A DNA stretch of 64,000 nt from Patescibacteria group bacterium UBA5147 (GCA_002415345.1 DHXV01000001.1:248907-312906), one strand, 5' to 3'. Counted from the stretch's first letter, positions 39,630 through 48,711 are shown. Translations and numbers: made by a program. The notes: generated by a model not told the origin, from the letters alone.

Positions 39630-40012
39630 AGACGACCGTAATAATCATCGTGGCAATCGTAATTCTAGGAGGAATCTATATGTTCAACCAACAACCTAAC
39701 GGCGGAAGCGATACGCTTGCCTTTGATACCGTGAAGGCCGACGTCGCCAGCGGCGGCCGTCTCATAGACGTCCGATCACGGGCTGAATATGACTCTGGCC
39801 ATATCGATGGTGCCATTAACCTGGACGTCCAGGCCATACAGGCCGGCAGCCTGCCGCAAGTCGCCAAAACCCAAAAGGTCTACGTCTACTGCCGGAGTGG
39901 TAGCCGTTCGGGCCAGGCCGCTTCAATTCTAAAAAGCGCCGGTTTCCAAAACGTCATCGACCTTGGCGCAATGACCAAAGTGCAGTCAATCGGCGGAACC
40001 ATCGCATATTAA
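39608..40012 (+). CDS. Membrane-anchored rhodanese-domain sulfurtransferase
   Basis: Active-site loop YVYCRSGSRSGQA. N-terminal TM. 134 aa. Confidence 0.75.
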   Translation: MQGETFVKTTVIIIVAIVILGGIYMFNQQPNGGSDTLAFDTVKADVASGGRLIDVRSRAEYDSGHIDGAINLDVQAIQAGSLPQVAKTQKVYVYCRSGSRSGQAASILKSAGFQNVIDLGAMTKVQSIGGTIAY

Positions 40013-40024
40013 GGAGAACCAACT

Positions 40025-40276
40025 ATGAAGATAACCGTTTACAGTACCCAGACCTGCGCCTACTGCGCCATGCTCAAGCGTTGGCTCGATGAACGATCGC
40101 TGAAGTATACCAACCATAACGTCGACGAGGACAGGAATGCCGCCGCCGAAATGGTGAGCTTGAGCGGACAAATGGGCGTCCCGTTCAGCACCATCGAACT
40201 TGATGACGGCCGCAAAGCCAAAATTCTCGGCTTTGACGTGGAAAAATTCGAAGCGGTGTTAAGCGCAGCCAAGTGA
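40025..40276 (+). CDS. Glutaredoxin-like protein (NrdH/YruB-type)
   Basis: CAYC active site at residues 11-14. 83 aa. Thioredoxin fold. Confidence 0.75.
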   Translation: MKITVYSTQTCAYCAMLKRWLDERSLKYTNHNVDEDRNAAAEMVSLSGQMGVPFSTIELDDGRKAKILGFDVEKFEAVLSAAK

Positions 40277-40308
40277 AACGGTAAGAATAATCTCGGAGGA
40301 TTTGAATA

Positions 40309-40527
40309 ATGAAGTTCGCGAAATTTATAGTAAGCACCTGGGGACGATTGATAAGGATTGTTGCGGGTTTGGCACTGGTGTATTACGGCTTCATCGTGCT
40401 TGGTAGCACGCTCGGAGTTGTGGTTGGACTGGTCGGTCTGGCTCCAGTGATGGCCGGAATCTTCGACTTTTGTATCTTTGCCCCGCTCTTCGGCGCCCCG
40501 TTCTGGGGTGAGGACATTAGAAAATAG
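40309..40527 (+). CDS. DUF2892 (YgaP-like) small membrane protein
   Basis: 72 aa. WGRLIRIVAGLALVYYG...GIFDFCIFAPLFGAPFWG pattern typical of the rhodanese-associated DUF2892. Confidence 0.5.
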   Translation: MKFAKFIVSTWGRLIRIVAGLALVYYGFIVLGSTLGVVVGLVGLAPVMAGIFDFCIFAPLFGAPFWGEDIRK

Positions 40528-40862
40528 CCGCTTGTAAACTAGCCTGGAATAATCGATACCGAATACGCTCCAGATTAATTTGAATATGATACCAAAAAGC
40601 GGCCTTGCGGCCACCTCCGGGAGCCGAATGTCCGGCTCGGGTTATTTTGTGATGCTAGAACAGATTCCCGCCATCAAATAACACTTCATCTATCGACTTT
40701 GGTCTATCGATCTTACTTTCTTGAGGGGGTTCCAATATCTGGTTGTCGGTAATCGGACGTTCCGCTGTTTCGCCTTTGGTATACCGCAGCGGAGCCAAGA
40801 AGTCTGCTATCAAGAAGGGGCGCTTTGGCAGCTCCTTCTTCCATATTGGAAAACCCTCCATA

Positions 40863-41249
40863 TTAGTTGTCGGATCCGTCGTGGCCGGAGCCAGAACCGT
40901 GACCGCTTGAGTGGATTTCGGTCGTGTCATTGTCATCGGCTTTGAGGCCGTCGTTCATGCGATCTTCAACAGCTGGAGTAGCCGTTGGCGACGGGCTGGC
41001 TGATGGAGTCGGAGTGGCTTCAGCCGCTTCCTCAGTCTGGTTCTCATTGGCGTCATTCTCGTTGGCATCATTTTTATTGGAATCGTCGGCTATATTCTGC
41101 AACTTCCCGTGGTTGTCGCCAAGCTGAGCCATGACGCCACGGTCCTCTTGTCGAACATCGGTCGCAGCCTTGGGAGTGGTAACTTCGCCTTGGTGCGCCA
41201 GGGCAACAACAGGAACCGCAATTGAGGCTGCAGCAATTAAGGTTATAAT
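40863..41249 (-). CDS. Secreted low-complexity acidic protein (signal peptide, DANEN repeats, Gly/Ser/His-rich tail)
   Basis: Signal peptide MKKYIITLIAAASIAVPVVALA. The track ORF extends to 41318. Confidence 0.4.
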   Translation of the reverse strand: MITLIAAASIAVPVVALAHQGEVTTPKAATDVRQEDRGVMAQLGDNHGKLQNIADDSNKNDANENDANENQTEEAAEATPTPSASPSPTATPAVEDRMNDGLKADDNDTTEIHSSGHGSGSGHDGSDN

Positions 41250-41305
41250 ATACTTCTTCATTCTGATAGACTCCTTAATTATTAACTTCATACCAGGTGT
41301 AACGG

Positions 41306-41827
41306 ATGGGCTCGCCATTCGTTACACTAGGCAGAGAGAAATTTATGTATCGCAAGCGCAGGTTCAGCACAATGTACTCACGTTACGCGAATGATATATT
41401 TCGCTTTATCTACATGTTCGTCCGGGACGAGGCACTGGCGGAGGATTTAACCGCTGACACCTTTGCCAAGGCCTGGAAGAATCTTGAAAGCTTCGATTTT
41501 CGTCACCCCAAGGCATGGCTGTACCAAATAGCGCGCAATCTTGTAACCGATCACTGGCGCAAACACAAAACGCTGCCCCTGGATGAGGACTTCGAGATTG
41601 CCGATACCAGGGACACGCCGGAAGTGGAGGTTGGGCGCAAGTTGGCCGACGCCAACCTTATGAGCAAAGTAGGTCAACTGCCACAAGAGAGTCAGTCGAT
41701 TGTAACGCTGCGATTTATTCTCGGCTACTCGGCCCGCCAGACCGCCGAAGCATTAGGAATGACCGAGGCCAACGTCCGCGTTAAGCAACACCGGGCGCTT
41801 AAGAAACTCAAGGAGTTATTGCAATGA
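41306..41827 (+). CDS. ECF-type RNA polymerase sigma-70 factor
   Basis: Region 2 (YLQIARNLVTDHWRK) and region 4 HTH (LRFILGYSARQTAEALGMTEANVRVKQHRALKKL). Probable start at Met 41363/41372. Confidence 0.8.
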   Translation: MGSPFVTLGREKFMYRKRRFSTMYSRYANDIFRFIYMFVRDEALAEDLTADTFAKAWKNLESFDFRHPKAWLYQIARNLVTDHWRKHKTLPLDEDFEIADTRDTPEVEVGRKLADANLMSKVGQLPQESQSIVTLRFILGYSARQTAEALGMTEANVRVKQHRALKKLKELLQ

Positions 41828-42447
41828 AATGGAATTTTTACAAGAAGGAGCTTCGCCACGAGGCGGCCGATGCAACTGAAGCTGCCGAACTGGCGGCTTT
41901 GGCCCGGCAGGTTTCCCAGGTGAAGTTGCCGGAGCTGAGCGCTGGGGCCAAAGCGCGGATTGCAGGCAATCTAGGCATCACCACCCACCGGATTGTCCAG
42001 CCGTGGGTGCTCGGCAGCGCCATGGCGGCCGCTATCGTACTGGTGTCAGTCGTAACTCTGGCCCAATTCTCGCGCCCAGGCTCGCCGCTCTACTCGATCA
42101 AGCACCAGACGGACAAACTCCAGCAGTTTATTAATCCTGAGCCGAGCAAATCCCCCGTTCCGGCTACACGCGACCAAACGAGCAATCCTGCGGGAGAGCA
42201 CGAATCAGGATCAGACGACCGTAAAGTCGGCGCCACACCCATCCCAACCGGCAGCACAATTGATGATAAGTCCGGATCGGGTAGCGATGGCGGCACGGGT
42301 GGCTCAAGCGGTTCCGGCGGGACAAGCGGCTCAGGTGACACCAGTGGTTCCGGTGGCTCCAGCGGTCCGTCCGTCGATAGCGGGACAAGTGGCGGGGATT
42401 CTACCTCCGGCGGGCGTGACGCCACTAGCGGCCACGACGGGACTTAG
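41824..42447 (+). CDS. Candidate anti-sigma factor (single TM, Gly/Ser-rich extracytoplasmic tail)
   Basis: Overlaps the sigma-factor stop (ATGA). TM helix WVLGSAMAAAIVLVSVVTL. Confidence 0.45.
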   Translation: MKWNFYKKELRHEAADATEAAELAALARQVSQVKLPELSAGAKARIAGNLGITTHRIVQPWVLGSAMAAAIVLVSVVTLAQFSRPGSPLYSIKHQTDKLQQFINPEPSKSPVPATRDQTSNPAGEHESGSDDRKVGATPIPTGSTIDDKSGSGSDGGTGGSSGSGGTSGSGDTSGSGGSSGPSVDSGTSGGDSTSGGRDATSGHDGT

Positions 42448-42484
42448 GCCGCAGGCTGCTCCCGGCAGCGAGGTGATGTTAGAA

Positions 42485-42973
42485 CTAAAATACAAATAGC
42501 GTAACCTCGCCAGCAGGAGTTTGTTGAGTACCGACTTCTGTTGCCCCGAATTGGAGCAAGGTTCGCTTAACATGCTTGTTTTGACTCCATGTCCCACAAA
42601 CGGGAACAGCCCCTCGCTCCCTAACATCATTCAATCTGTAGACAAGCAAGGATCTCCAGATACCGCGGCCGCTTAATGCCGGGTCCACAAACGCACCACC
42701 TAATTCGATAAGGCGGACATTCTTGGAGGCGTTGACCCCTTTTCGCCATACCGGCATGTGCTCCGGGTTGGGTTCTTCAATCATTCCATGGCCGACAATT
42801 CGACCCGCCATAACCGCAACGTAACGCTCAATGGCTTTTCTGGCATACAGTAGTTTGCCAAGCTCATTCGGGGGATAAATTGCGGGGTTGGGAAGTAATG
42901 TAGCGGCTTGCGACCTTTGATATAGCCTGACAATCTCGGCCCTATCAGATCGTTTAGCTTTTCGAATTTCCAT
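42485..42973 (-). CDS. GNAT-family N-acetyltransferase (cassette 8)
   Basis: 162 aa with an acetyl-CoA-binding-like segment. The stop codon abuts a GTTCTAAC repeat copy. Confidence 0.45.
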   Translation of the reverse strand: MEIRKAKRSDRAEIVRLYQRSQAATLLPNPAIYPPNELGKLLYARKAIERYVAVMAGRIVGHGMIEEPNPEHMPVWRKGVNASKNVRLIELGGAFVDPALSGRGIWRSLLVYRLNDVRERGAVPVCGTWSQNKHVKRTLLQFGATEVGTQQTPAGEVTLFVF

Positions 42974-43053
42974 ATCCTCATAATAGCAAAAAGAGCCCGT
43001 AAAGGCTCTTCTCAGAGTATAATCACTGCCCCATCATTGTCGGCAGGCGTATG

Positions 43054-43248
43054 CTACAAATGCAAAAAGGTCAGAAACGCATGGACAAGAAATGCCGGCC
43101 AGAATATGGCCTTGAAAATGCCAACGATTACCAACCAGAAACTAGTGGCATGCTGAAAGTAGTAAATGGCCGCCCCAATCAGGCCAAGTCCATATACCGC
43201 GTCACCACCACCCCGATTCACGCTCGCGCTCTTTAGTCTTGCTCTCAT
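43054..43248 (-). CDS. Small membrane protein, hypothetical
   Basis: 64-aa track ORF with 2 TM helices. Confidence 0.3.
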   Translation of the reverse strand: MRARLKSASVNRGGGDAVYGLGLIGAAIYYFQHATSFWLVIVGIFKAIFWPAFLVHAFLTFLHL

Positions 43249-43250
43249 TT

Positions 43251-43559
43251 CTATGCCTCCTTATCTTCAGGAAGACCGGCAAAGTCCTTCTTCGTCTGGA
43301 TATACCATCCCATTCCCGCGATGGGATTTTTCCATCTGCCCTGCATCAACTTCAAGGCGCTCTGGTGCGTTTCGTCACCCCCTGCAACCATCGCTTTTAG
43401 ATGGGCGTCTTCCGCTTTGATAACGTCATCGGCCGTTTTTCCGTGGAAGGCTACATCACATGGACCACCCATTTGTTTACACGTCATTGTCTTCATAATG
43501 CTTCTCACTTTCATACGCATTATAGCGTAATGTTTCGTGAGCGATATTAGAACCGCCAT
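43251..43559 (-). CDS. DUF1059-like small protein (probable start MKTMTCKQMGG at ~43509)
   Basis: MTCKQMGGPCDVAFHGKTADDVIKAEDAHL resembles the DUF1059 family. Confidence 0.45.
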   Translation of the reverse strand: MAVLISLTKHYAIMRMKVRSIMKTMTCKQMGGPCDVAFHGKTADDVIKAEDAHLKAMVAGGDETHQSALKLMQGRWKNPIAGMGWYIQTKKDFAGLPEDKEA

Positions 43560-43570
43560 AGTTTTTCAGT

Positions 43571-44086
43571 CTAAGCCAAGCTCAGGGTAGCCGAATAGTC
43601 TCCCGGGTTCTCTTTGAACGTGGCGCCATTCTTCCTCCATATCCGCACCGACGCTGCAGCAGTTTTTGGAATGGTTGCCACCAGCTTGCTATCGCCGTTT
43701 GCCTTGGCCTCGTCGATTATCAAATCAAAGGCCTTTGTGGCATATCCTTGGTTCCACTTCGCACTCGAAAGCCAATATCCAACTCTTGCGCAGCCTTGCT
43801 CCAAACCTTTCCGAGAAATAGATATGGTGCCTATCGGCATATCACCAAGCAGAAGGCAGTATGTCTGCCCGTCCTGCCTTTCCATCCACTCTTCACATGT
43901 ACGCAAGAAACTGCTGGCATCGATATGCCCGTGGCTGCCCAAGACGGCTTGTAACTCAGCGTCCGTCTGGAGAATTCGGACAAGATCCGAGGCATGCTGT
44001 CGGCCTAAAGGTTGGAGATGAATAGGCATAGTATATGTCCTTTTACTACGGATCGTGGCGGAAGTTAGAACCATAATGGCCGGCAC
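43571..44086 (-). CDS. GNAT-family N-acetyltransferase (probable start MPIHLQPLG at ~44031)
   Basis: GNAT pattern (VGYWLSSAKWNQGYATKA). The upstream in-frame extension contains a degenerate repeat copy and is probably non-coding. Confidence 0.55.
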   Translation of the reverse strand: MPAIMVLTSATIRSKRTYTMPIHLQPLGRQHASDLVRILQTDAELQAVLGSHGHIDASSFLRTCEEWMERQDGQTYCLLLGDMPIGTISISRKGLEQGCARVGYWLSSAKWNQGYATKAFDLIIDEAKANGDSKLVATIPKTAAASVRIWRKNGATFKENPGDYSATLSLA

Positions 44087-44497
44087 TTACATAAATTCGT
44101 GACGATACTTTTCGACATTGGCTTCAAATGGCAGCTTCGAAATCTCAACTTCTACGACAGATTCTGGCAATCCTGAAATATCAAAACATCTTACCGGTTT
44201 GCCCGTTTTATTAAACGTATTTATCTCCGAGAGCATCCCATCACTTATGTCTCCATACACCCACAGCTCATCACATCGGAGAAGCAGGTTGTTGTTACCA
44301 TTACGTACCATGTCACGCTCGACCAACTCGTACAGGTAATAGCCAAAAACATTGAAGGGATTAATGGGCACTACGCCTTCGTTAAATGCATGCCGACAAA
44401 TCAACATTCGTTGATGAAAGTTCTTGGCTGACTGGGCTGTAAATACAACCAACTTTTCCGCAACCAATTTGTCCGCTGAATGTTGAAAGCTATTCAT
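44087..44497 (-). CDS. Hypothetical protein (136 aa)
   Basis: Cassette ORF, low GC, no motif recognised. Confidence 0.4.
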   Translation of the reverse strand: MNSFQHSADKLVAEKLVVFTAQSAKNFHQRMLICRHAFNEGVVPINPFNVFGYYLYELVERDMVRNGNNNLLLRCDELWVYGDISDGMLSEINTFNKTGKPVRCFDISGLPESVVEVEISKLPFEANVEKYRHEFM

Positions 44498-44545
44498 AGC
44501 ATGAGTATAACAAAAGAGGCCATCGCTTGGCCTCTGTTGAGTTGA

Positions 44546-44582
44546 ATAATATCTGGCTCCGGGTCGTGGTCGATGTTAGAAC
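44546..44582 (-). repeat. Cassette-associated direct repeat copy R4 (AATAATATCTGGCTCCGGGTCGTGGTCGATGTTAGAAC on the + strand)
   Basis: Abuts the stop of 44582..45013 and is followed by an intrinsic terminator hairpin (AGAGGCCAAGCGATGGCCTCT plus TTTTGTT on the minus strand). Confidence 0.8.
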
Positions 44583-45013
44583 TATGCTAACGCAGAATCT
44601 ACGTCTTGCTGCGTAACGTCAGAAAACGGCACTCTCGGATCGTTGTAGTGACGAGTTCGGTAAATTTTGTTATCTCTTACCTCGCAAACGGCTACCTGAG
44701 GTGTTAGATACAATTGACCCGTTTTGGGATTTGGATAGCTCTCAACAAACTCGATCATGACTGTTTGCTTGGACTCATCAGCCATAGCATTCACGAATTG
44801 ATATTTGCGATCCTTAATCTGATATACCTCACCTATGCTTTTCCGAGCCGTTCCTGCACTAACATATGGGAACAGAACGTTGCCTCTGTTACCCATCGAC
44901 ATTTCGGTAGCCTTAAAATCATCGGCCACCAGTTCAAGGCCCCGAGTAACGTCATTCTGGCGTTCTGCTTCGAAAGAACCAAGTACCAATTTGAGTAAAT
45001 TTTCGCTAGTCAT
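44582..45013 (-). CDS. NTF2-like / SnoaL-like small protein
   Basis: 143 aa with an NTF2-like fold pattern by eye. Cassette ORF. Confidence 0.4.
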   Translation of the reverse strand: MTSENLLKLVLGSFEAERQNDVTRGLELVADDFKATEMSMGNRGNVLFPYVSAGTARKSIGEVYQIKDRKYQFVNAMADESKQTVMIEFVESYPNPKTGQLYLTPQVAVCEVRDNKIYRTRHYNDPRVPFSDVTQQDVDSALA

Positions 45014-45059
45014 ACTAGTATAATATCAAAGATGAGCCCTAATGGGCTCATCTTTGGGG

Positions 45060-45098
45060 AATAATATCTGGCTCCGGGTCGTGGATGACGTTAGAACC
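45060..45098 (-). repeat. Cassette-associated direct repeat copy R3 (AATAATATCTGGCTCCGGGTCGTGGATGACGTTAGAAC)
   Basis: Lies 2 nt beyond the stop of the Nudix cassette gene. Followed on the minus strand by the terminator hairpin AGATGAGCCCTAATGGGCTCATCT plus TTTGATATT. Confidence 0.8.
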
Positions 45099-45099
45099 G

Positions 45100-45618
45100 C
45101 TATTTATTAAGGAGCGTCTTCAAAACCGGAATTACCCTCCCTAGGTAAGATGAAATCTTCATCTCAGGCGAGGGTGATTGGAGTGACTCATAAGTATAAA
45201 AACTTGCAGTCTCGATTGCGGCTTCTTCTAAGGTAAATGGACCATTGTGCTTGGCAATAAATACCGACACCATTTCGTTATATTCCGCAGAATAAAATTT
45301 TTCTGTCAGCTGCAATTCTGCGGAAACTCCAAGTTCCTCATACAGCTCCCTATTAGCAGCATCAATATATGACTCTCCTGCTCGCACGTGTCCAGCCGCG
45401 GAACCCGACCAGTACAATGGAAGGGACTTTTTGGTCGACTTTCTTTGTTGCAGGAAAACTTTTCTATCGTCGTTTATTAGCAAAACAAATACAACTCGAC
45501 ATGTCTGATTAGATGCGATTGCATGGGTCTTTGGCATAACCCCTATAACCTTATCGTCTGAATCTACAACATCTATATACTCCACTTCTAATGGACTGGC
45601 AGGGCTGTTTGTAGTCAT
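45100..45618 (-). CDS. NUDIX hydrolase
   Basis: Nudix box GHVRAGESYIDAANRELYEELGV. 172 aa. Confidence 0.7.
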   Translation of the reverse strand: MTTNSPASPLEVEYIDVVDSDDKVIGVMPKTHAIASNQTCRVVFVLLINDDRKVFLQQRKSTKKSLPLYWSGSAAGHVRAGESYIDAANRELYEELGVSAELQLTEKFYSAEYNEMVSVFIAKHNGPFTLEEAAIETASFYTYESLQSPSPEMKISSYLGRVIPVLKTLLNK

Positions 45619-45672
45619 ATAGCCATTATGGGCTAGTCTGATTCAAACGTCCAAAGTAAACAGTTTTGTATG

Positions 45673-45710
45673 AATAATTCCTGGCTCTGGGTCGTGGTCG
45701 ATGTTAGAAC
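45673..45710 (-). repeat. Cassette-associated direct repeat copy R2 (AATAATTCCTGGCTCTGGGTCGTGGTCGATGTTAGAAC)
   Basis: ~45 nt downstream of the stop of 45757..46080. Confidence 0.8.
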
Positions 45711-45756
45711 TCTGATTAGATCAGGCTCTTATACAAATATTTCGCGCAATTATATT

Positions 45757-46080
45757 TTAGCGACTCTTCTCGCGAAATAGCGTATACCAGCCAAGAATAT
45801 TGGGAAGTCGTTTCCCGCCGTCACTGAATTTCAATTCTATGCTCCATTCATCCCCAAGCTTCACGACTTCATGCGATAGCCCATCTTTTAAGTATGAGCC
45901 GTCTGGATAATCTTCATACAGAAGTACGTACTCCCTGCCCTGAATTTGGAAGTGGTGCGCCCATGCGTCTAAATCGACTTTTCCATGGCTGACCCATGCT
46001 ATTTTATCGAGTTTAATAATACCTTCGTAGCGAGGTAAAATAACAGCTTCATAAAATTGTTCGAGAAACTTCTCGTTCAT
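45757..46080 (-). CDS. Small hypothetical protein (107 aa), possible partner/immunity-like protein of the upstream coiled-coil protein
   Basis: Follows 46178..47248 after a terminator-like hairpin. No motif recognised. Confidence 0.35.
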   Translation of the reverse strand: MNEKFLEQFYEAVILPRYEGIIKLDKIAWVSHGKVDLDAWAHHFQIQGREYVLLYEDYPDGSYLKDGLSHEVVKLGDEWSIELKFSDGGKRLPNILGWYTLFREKSR

Positions 46081-46118
46081 AATAATTCCTATTCTAGCAG
46101 CTCTAAAAAACTACGGAA

Positions 46119-46153
46119 GGGCGTCCCGCTGCAAGTTGCACAGCGGGACGCCC
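46119..46153 (-). terminator. Intrinsic terminator (GGGCGTCCCGCTG-loop-CAGCGGGACGCCC followed by a U-run on the minus strand)
   Basis: 13-bp perfect stem. Minus-strand tail TTCCGTAGTTTTTTAG. Confidence 0.6.
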
Positions 46154-46177
46154 CAATTATCTCTTACATCCGTTAAG

Positions 46178-47248
46178 TTACCGGAGATCGTCGTAGATGA
46201 GCGTGTGAGGGTCATCTCTGAGAGCTACGGCATGATGGTGGCCAGGGGCGAACGGCCCGTTGGGACCGTAGTAGATATCAATCTTCGGTTGCTCCTGATT
46301 ATTCGTGTTCGATTCCACAAAGGCGTCGTATCCACGAAACCGGCACCGAAAGCCAAATTCTCCGACACTTGTGTTCTCGGCGCCGATTACGTCGTCGTAA
46401 TCCTGCTGGGCGTCAGTGAAGTTCTGACCTCCATGCTCGTCGAAAGGCTCTCGACGGTACGTCACGTTGCCGTAGGAATCCATGGCGTAGTGACCGTGAC
46501 CAGGACCGTTGGCAGAACCGGAGCCACCGAAGTAAATATTGACCGTACCGTCAGGCGCGGTCGTTACCCACAAGTCGTCCAAGTACTGATACGGCACACC
46601 GGCCTGCTCAGCCAGTGCGCGCTTGTCAGTCTGGCGCCGCTGCCGTTCATCGCGAACGGCTTCCAGGCGAGCCTGGAATGCACTTTTTGCACTGTTGAAA
46701 ACTGCTTTGGTGCGCCTAAACTCCTCCTGCTTCTGTTCGTGGTCGGATTTTGCACGGGCATGCTCGGCTCGCGCAGTGTCGAACTCGGCCTTGGCACGCT
46801 GGAAGGCGGGCGTGGCAGCTGTGTGCCGATCTTTGGCGTCCCGAAGTTCCTGAACAAGCTGCCGCCGTTCCGCGACTGCTTCTTGGGATTCGGCCTTGTA
46901 GCGGTGGCCCTCGTCAGCGTACGTGCGCGCCGACAGACCATCGCGCGCATCGTGAGCCGACGAGGCTCGGTCGAATGCGTCTTTCATATTCTCGAACGCG
47001 GCTTCTTGCCGTGAATTGAGCATTTCGATTCGCGGGCCATAGCTGTCACGCAACCGCTGAAGATCCTCCCAGACAGATTGCTGGGCTTCGTACGCTGTCT
47101 GCTTGGCATGATACGCTCGATCCATCACCTCGCGTGCGGCCTGGCGCCGCTTCCAGGCTTCATCTTGTGCCAGCCACGCTGTCTGGTTTTGCTGGTACGC
47201 GTACGTTTGTTGCATCTTGAATCGGTCGAGCTCTATGTCTCGGGCCAT
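46178..47248 (-). CDS. Coiled-coil protein with a C-terminal Gly/His/Tyr-rich globular domain, hypothetical (polymorphic-toxin-like architecture is speculative)
   Basis: 356 aa. The N-terminal ~200 aa form a heptad-rich Arg/Glu/Ala/Gln coiled coil. The C-terminus contains GGSGSANGPGHGHYAMDSYGNVTYRREPFDEHGG. Confidence 0.4.
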   Translation of the reverse strand: MARDIELDRFKMQQTYAYQQNQTAWLAQDEAWKRRQAAREVMDRAYHAKQTAYEAQQSVWEDLQRLRDSYGPRIEMLNSRQEAAFENMKDAFDRASSAHDARDGLSARTYADEGHRYKAESQEAVAERRQLVQELRDAKDRHTAATPAFQRAKAEFDTARAEHARAKSDHEQKQEEFRRTKAVFNSAKSAFQARLEAVRDERQRRQTDKRALAEQAGVPYQYLDDLWVTTAPDGTVNIYFGGSGSANGPGHGHYAMDSYGNVTYRREPFDEHGGQNFTDAQQDYDDVIGAENTSVGEFGFRCRFRGYDAFVESNTNNQEQPKIDIYYGPNGPFAPGHHHAVALRDDPHTLIYDDLR

Positions 47249-47427
47249 GTCACGTCACCTACTTGTATAAGGAGCGAAGTTCACGCGGATAGCGTGAATA
47301 GATAATTTGGCACAAAATCAACAATAAAGCAATGTTAGAATCTTTGATTCTAATCCAAAATGCAACTATGCCCATGAATAAATAAATCGATCTTCGACAA
47401 AAAAGAAGCTAAAGTTAGCCTCTTTTT

Positions 47428-47470
47428 AAGCATAATTCCTTTGGCTCCGGGTCGTGGTCGATGTTAGAAC
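47428..47470 (-). repeat. Cassette-associated direct repeat copy R1 (AAGCATAATTCCTTTGGCTCCGGGTCGTGGTCGATGTTAGAAC). Its first 23 nt match the tRNA-Asn 3' end and flank at 48697-48720 at 22 of 23 positions
   Basis: Preceded by a copy of the tRNA's downstream terminator (AAGAAGCTAAAGTTAGCCTCTTTTT versus GAGGCTGAAATTAGCCTTATTTT). Confidence 0.8.
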
Positions 47471-47533
47471 TAATCTCACTACGAATACGATGACGAGCTA
47501 GACATCAAAAAGCTGCCATGAGACCCTATTGGT

Positions 47534-47791
47534 ATGAACAAACGTTATTTAGCAATTGCCGGATACTTAGTAGCCCTAGCTTTGATAGTCGTCTCGATAG
47601 TCTATTTTACTACCCCAGCAGATCACCTGCCGACACTTTTTCCCGGTCATGACATCGCCTCTACCAAGACCCACGCCAAACATGGTCTTGCCGCCATTCT
47701 GCTCGCTCTTGGAGCGGTGGCGTTTGCTTGGTTCCAAGGAGGGCCCAGCTCACCGAAGGAAGAACAGCGAGGACCCAATTCCGACAACTAG
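47534..47791 (+). CDS. Small membrane protein, hypothetical (convergent overlap with the uppP 3' end)
   Basis: 85 aa with 2 TM helices. 42-nt overlap with uppP lowers confidence. Confidence 0.3.
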   Translation: MNKRYLAIAGYLVALALIVVSIVYFTTPADHLPTLFPGHDIASTKTHAKHGLAAILLALGAVAFAWFQGGPSSPKEEQRGPNSDN

Positions 47792-48604
47792 GCAATAAAT
47801 GCCAAACGGTGTCAGCGAGTTGGTCTTGAAGTACCGCGTCAAAAACTTTACGGAAAAATAGGCGCTCACAGCCGTAAAAATTGCCCCAACGATACAGGGA
47901 CCGATAAGCCCCGCGTTACTTGCCTGAAACAATTCGGGCAACTTAAGGACTGCCGCCGCCAGTATGATTGGCGTGGCCAACAGGAAGGCAAATTCGGCCG
48001 CATCCTCATGCGAGAGCCCGTTGAGCAGTCCGCCCGCCATCGCTGAGCCCGACCGCGATAGACCCGGGATTAGTGCCAGTGCCTGGGCGCCTCCAATCAT
48101 CATCGAATTAACCCAGGATAACCGGCTAAGGCGACTCACGGCGTCGCCAGAGCCGGAACTTGCTGCTCTGCGGCGTAAGTATTCCGCCCCTAGTAGGATA
48201 AGCCCGTTTATGGCCAAGAAAAACGCCGCTGATTTACCGGTCACGAAAATCATCCTTATCTGATCCTGAAACATAACCCCGATGAGGCCGGCAGGAATCG
48301 TTCCTACGATCAACAACCAGCCCAATTTTGCGCTATAATCCGTACTTTTAATCTCACGCTGCTGGATTGAGCGGATAATCCCAGTCCCGATTCTTATCCA
48401 TGTGTGCCTATAAAACCCAATTAGCACCAGTGCCGTCGCCAGATGCGTAGCCACCAGGAAAACTAAAAACGAGTTATCGTTTTCATGAATATTCCACCCC
48501 AGCAGGCTCGGGAGAATGACGCTGTGCCCCAGGCTCGATACCGGAAATAGCTCCGCAGCACCCTGGAGGAGACCCAAAATAATGGCTTGGACGTAGTTGA
48601 TCAT
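47750..48604 (-). CDS. uppP: Undecaprenyl-diphosphate phosphatase
   Basis: BacA/UppP motifs SSLGHSV, PGLSRSGSAMAGGL. 8 TM helices. 284 aa. Confidence 0.85.
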   Translation of the reverse strand: MINYVQAIILGLLQGAAELFPVSSLGHSVILPSLLGWNIHENDNSFLVFLVATHLATALVLIGFYRHTWIRIGTGIIRSIQQREIKSTDYSAKLGWLLIVGTIPAGLIGVMFQDQIRMIFVTGKSAAFFLAINGLILLGAEYLRRRAASSGSGDAVSRLSRLSWVNSMMIGGAQALALIPGLSRSGSAMAGGLLNGLSHEDAAEFAFLLATPIILAAAVLKLPELFQASNAGLIGPCIVGAIFTAVSAYFSVKFLTRYFKTNSLTPFGIYCLVVGIGSSLFFLR

Positions 48605-48711
48605 TGAGGTAACGTTACACGATTAGGCCAAGCGGCGCAAAGTCTGACATGCGGTAGCGTATACAAAGCAAAATGAGGCTGAAATTAGCCTTATTTTAAG
48701 CATAAGTCCTT

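Noticed and set aside
42453-47470. Cassette repeats as canonical integron attC sites
   Set aside because: The repeats are not imperfect palindromes of 57-141 bp. The R'' box (RYYYAAC) and R' box (GTTRRRY) are only approximated (TTCTAAC / GTTAGAA). No intI gene or attI is present in the window. Reported instead as an unclassified tRNA-linked cassette array.
47441-47470. Repeat core as the 3' half of a second (pseudo)tRNA
   Set aside because: The reverse complement GTTCTAACATCGACCACGACCCGGAGCCA cannot form a T-arm. Only the terminal CCGGAGCCA matches the tRNA-Asn acceptor/CCA end.
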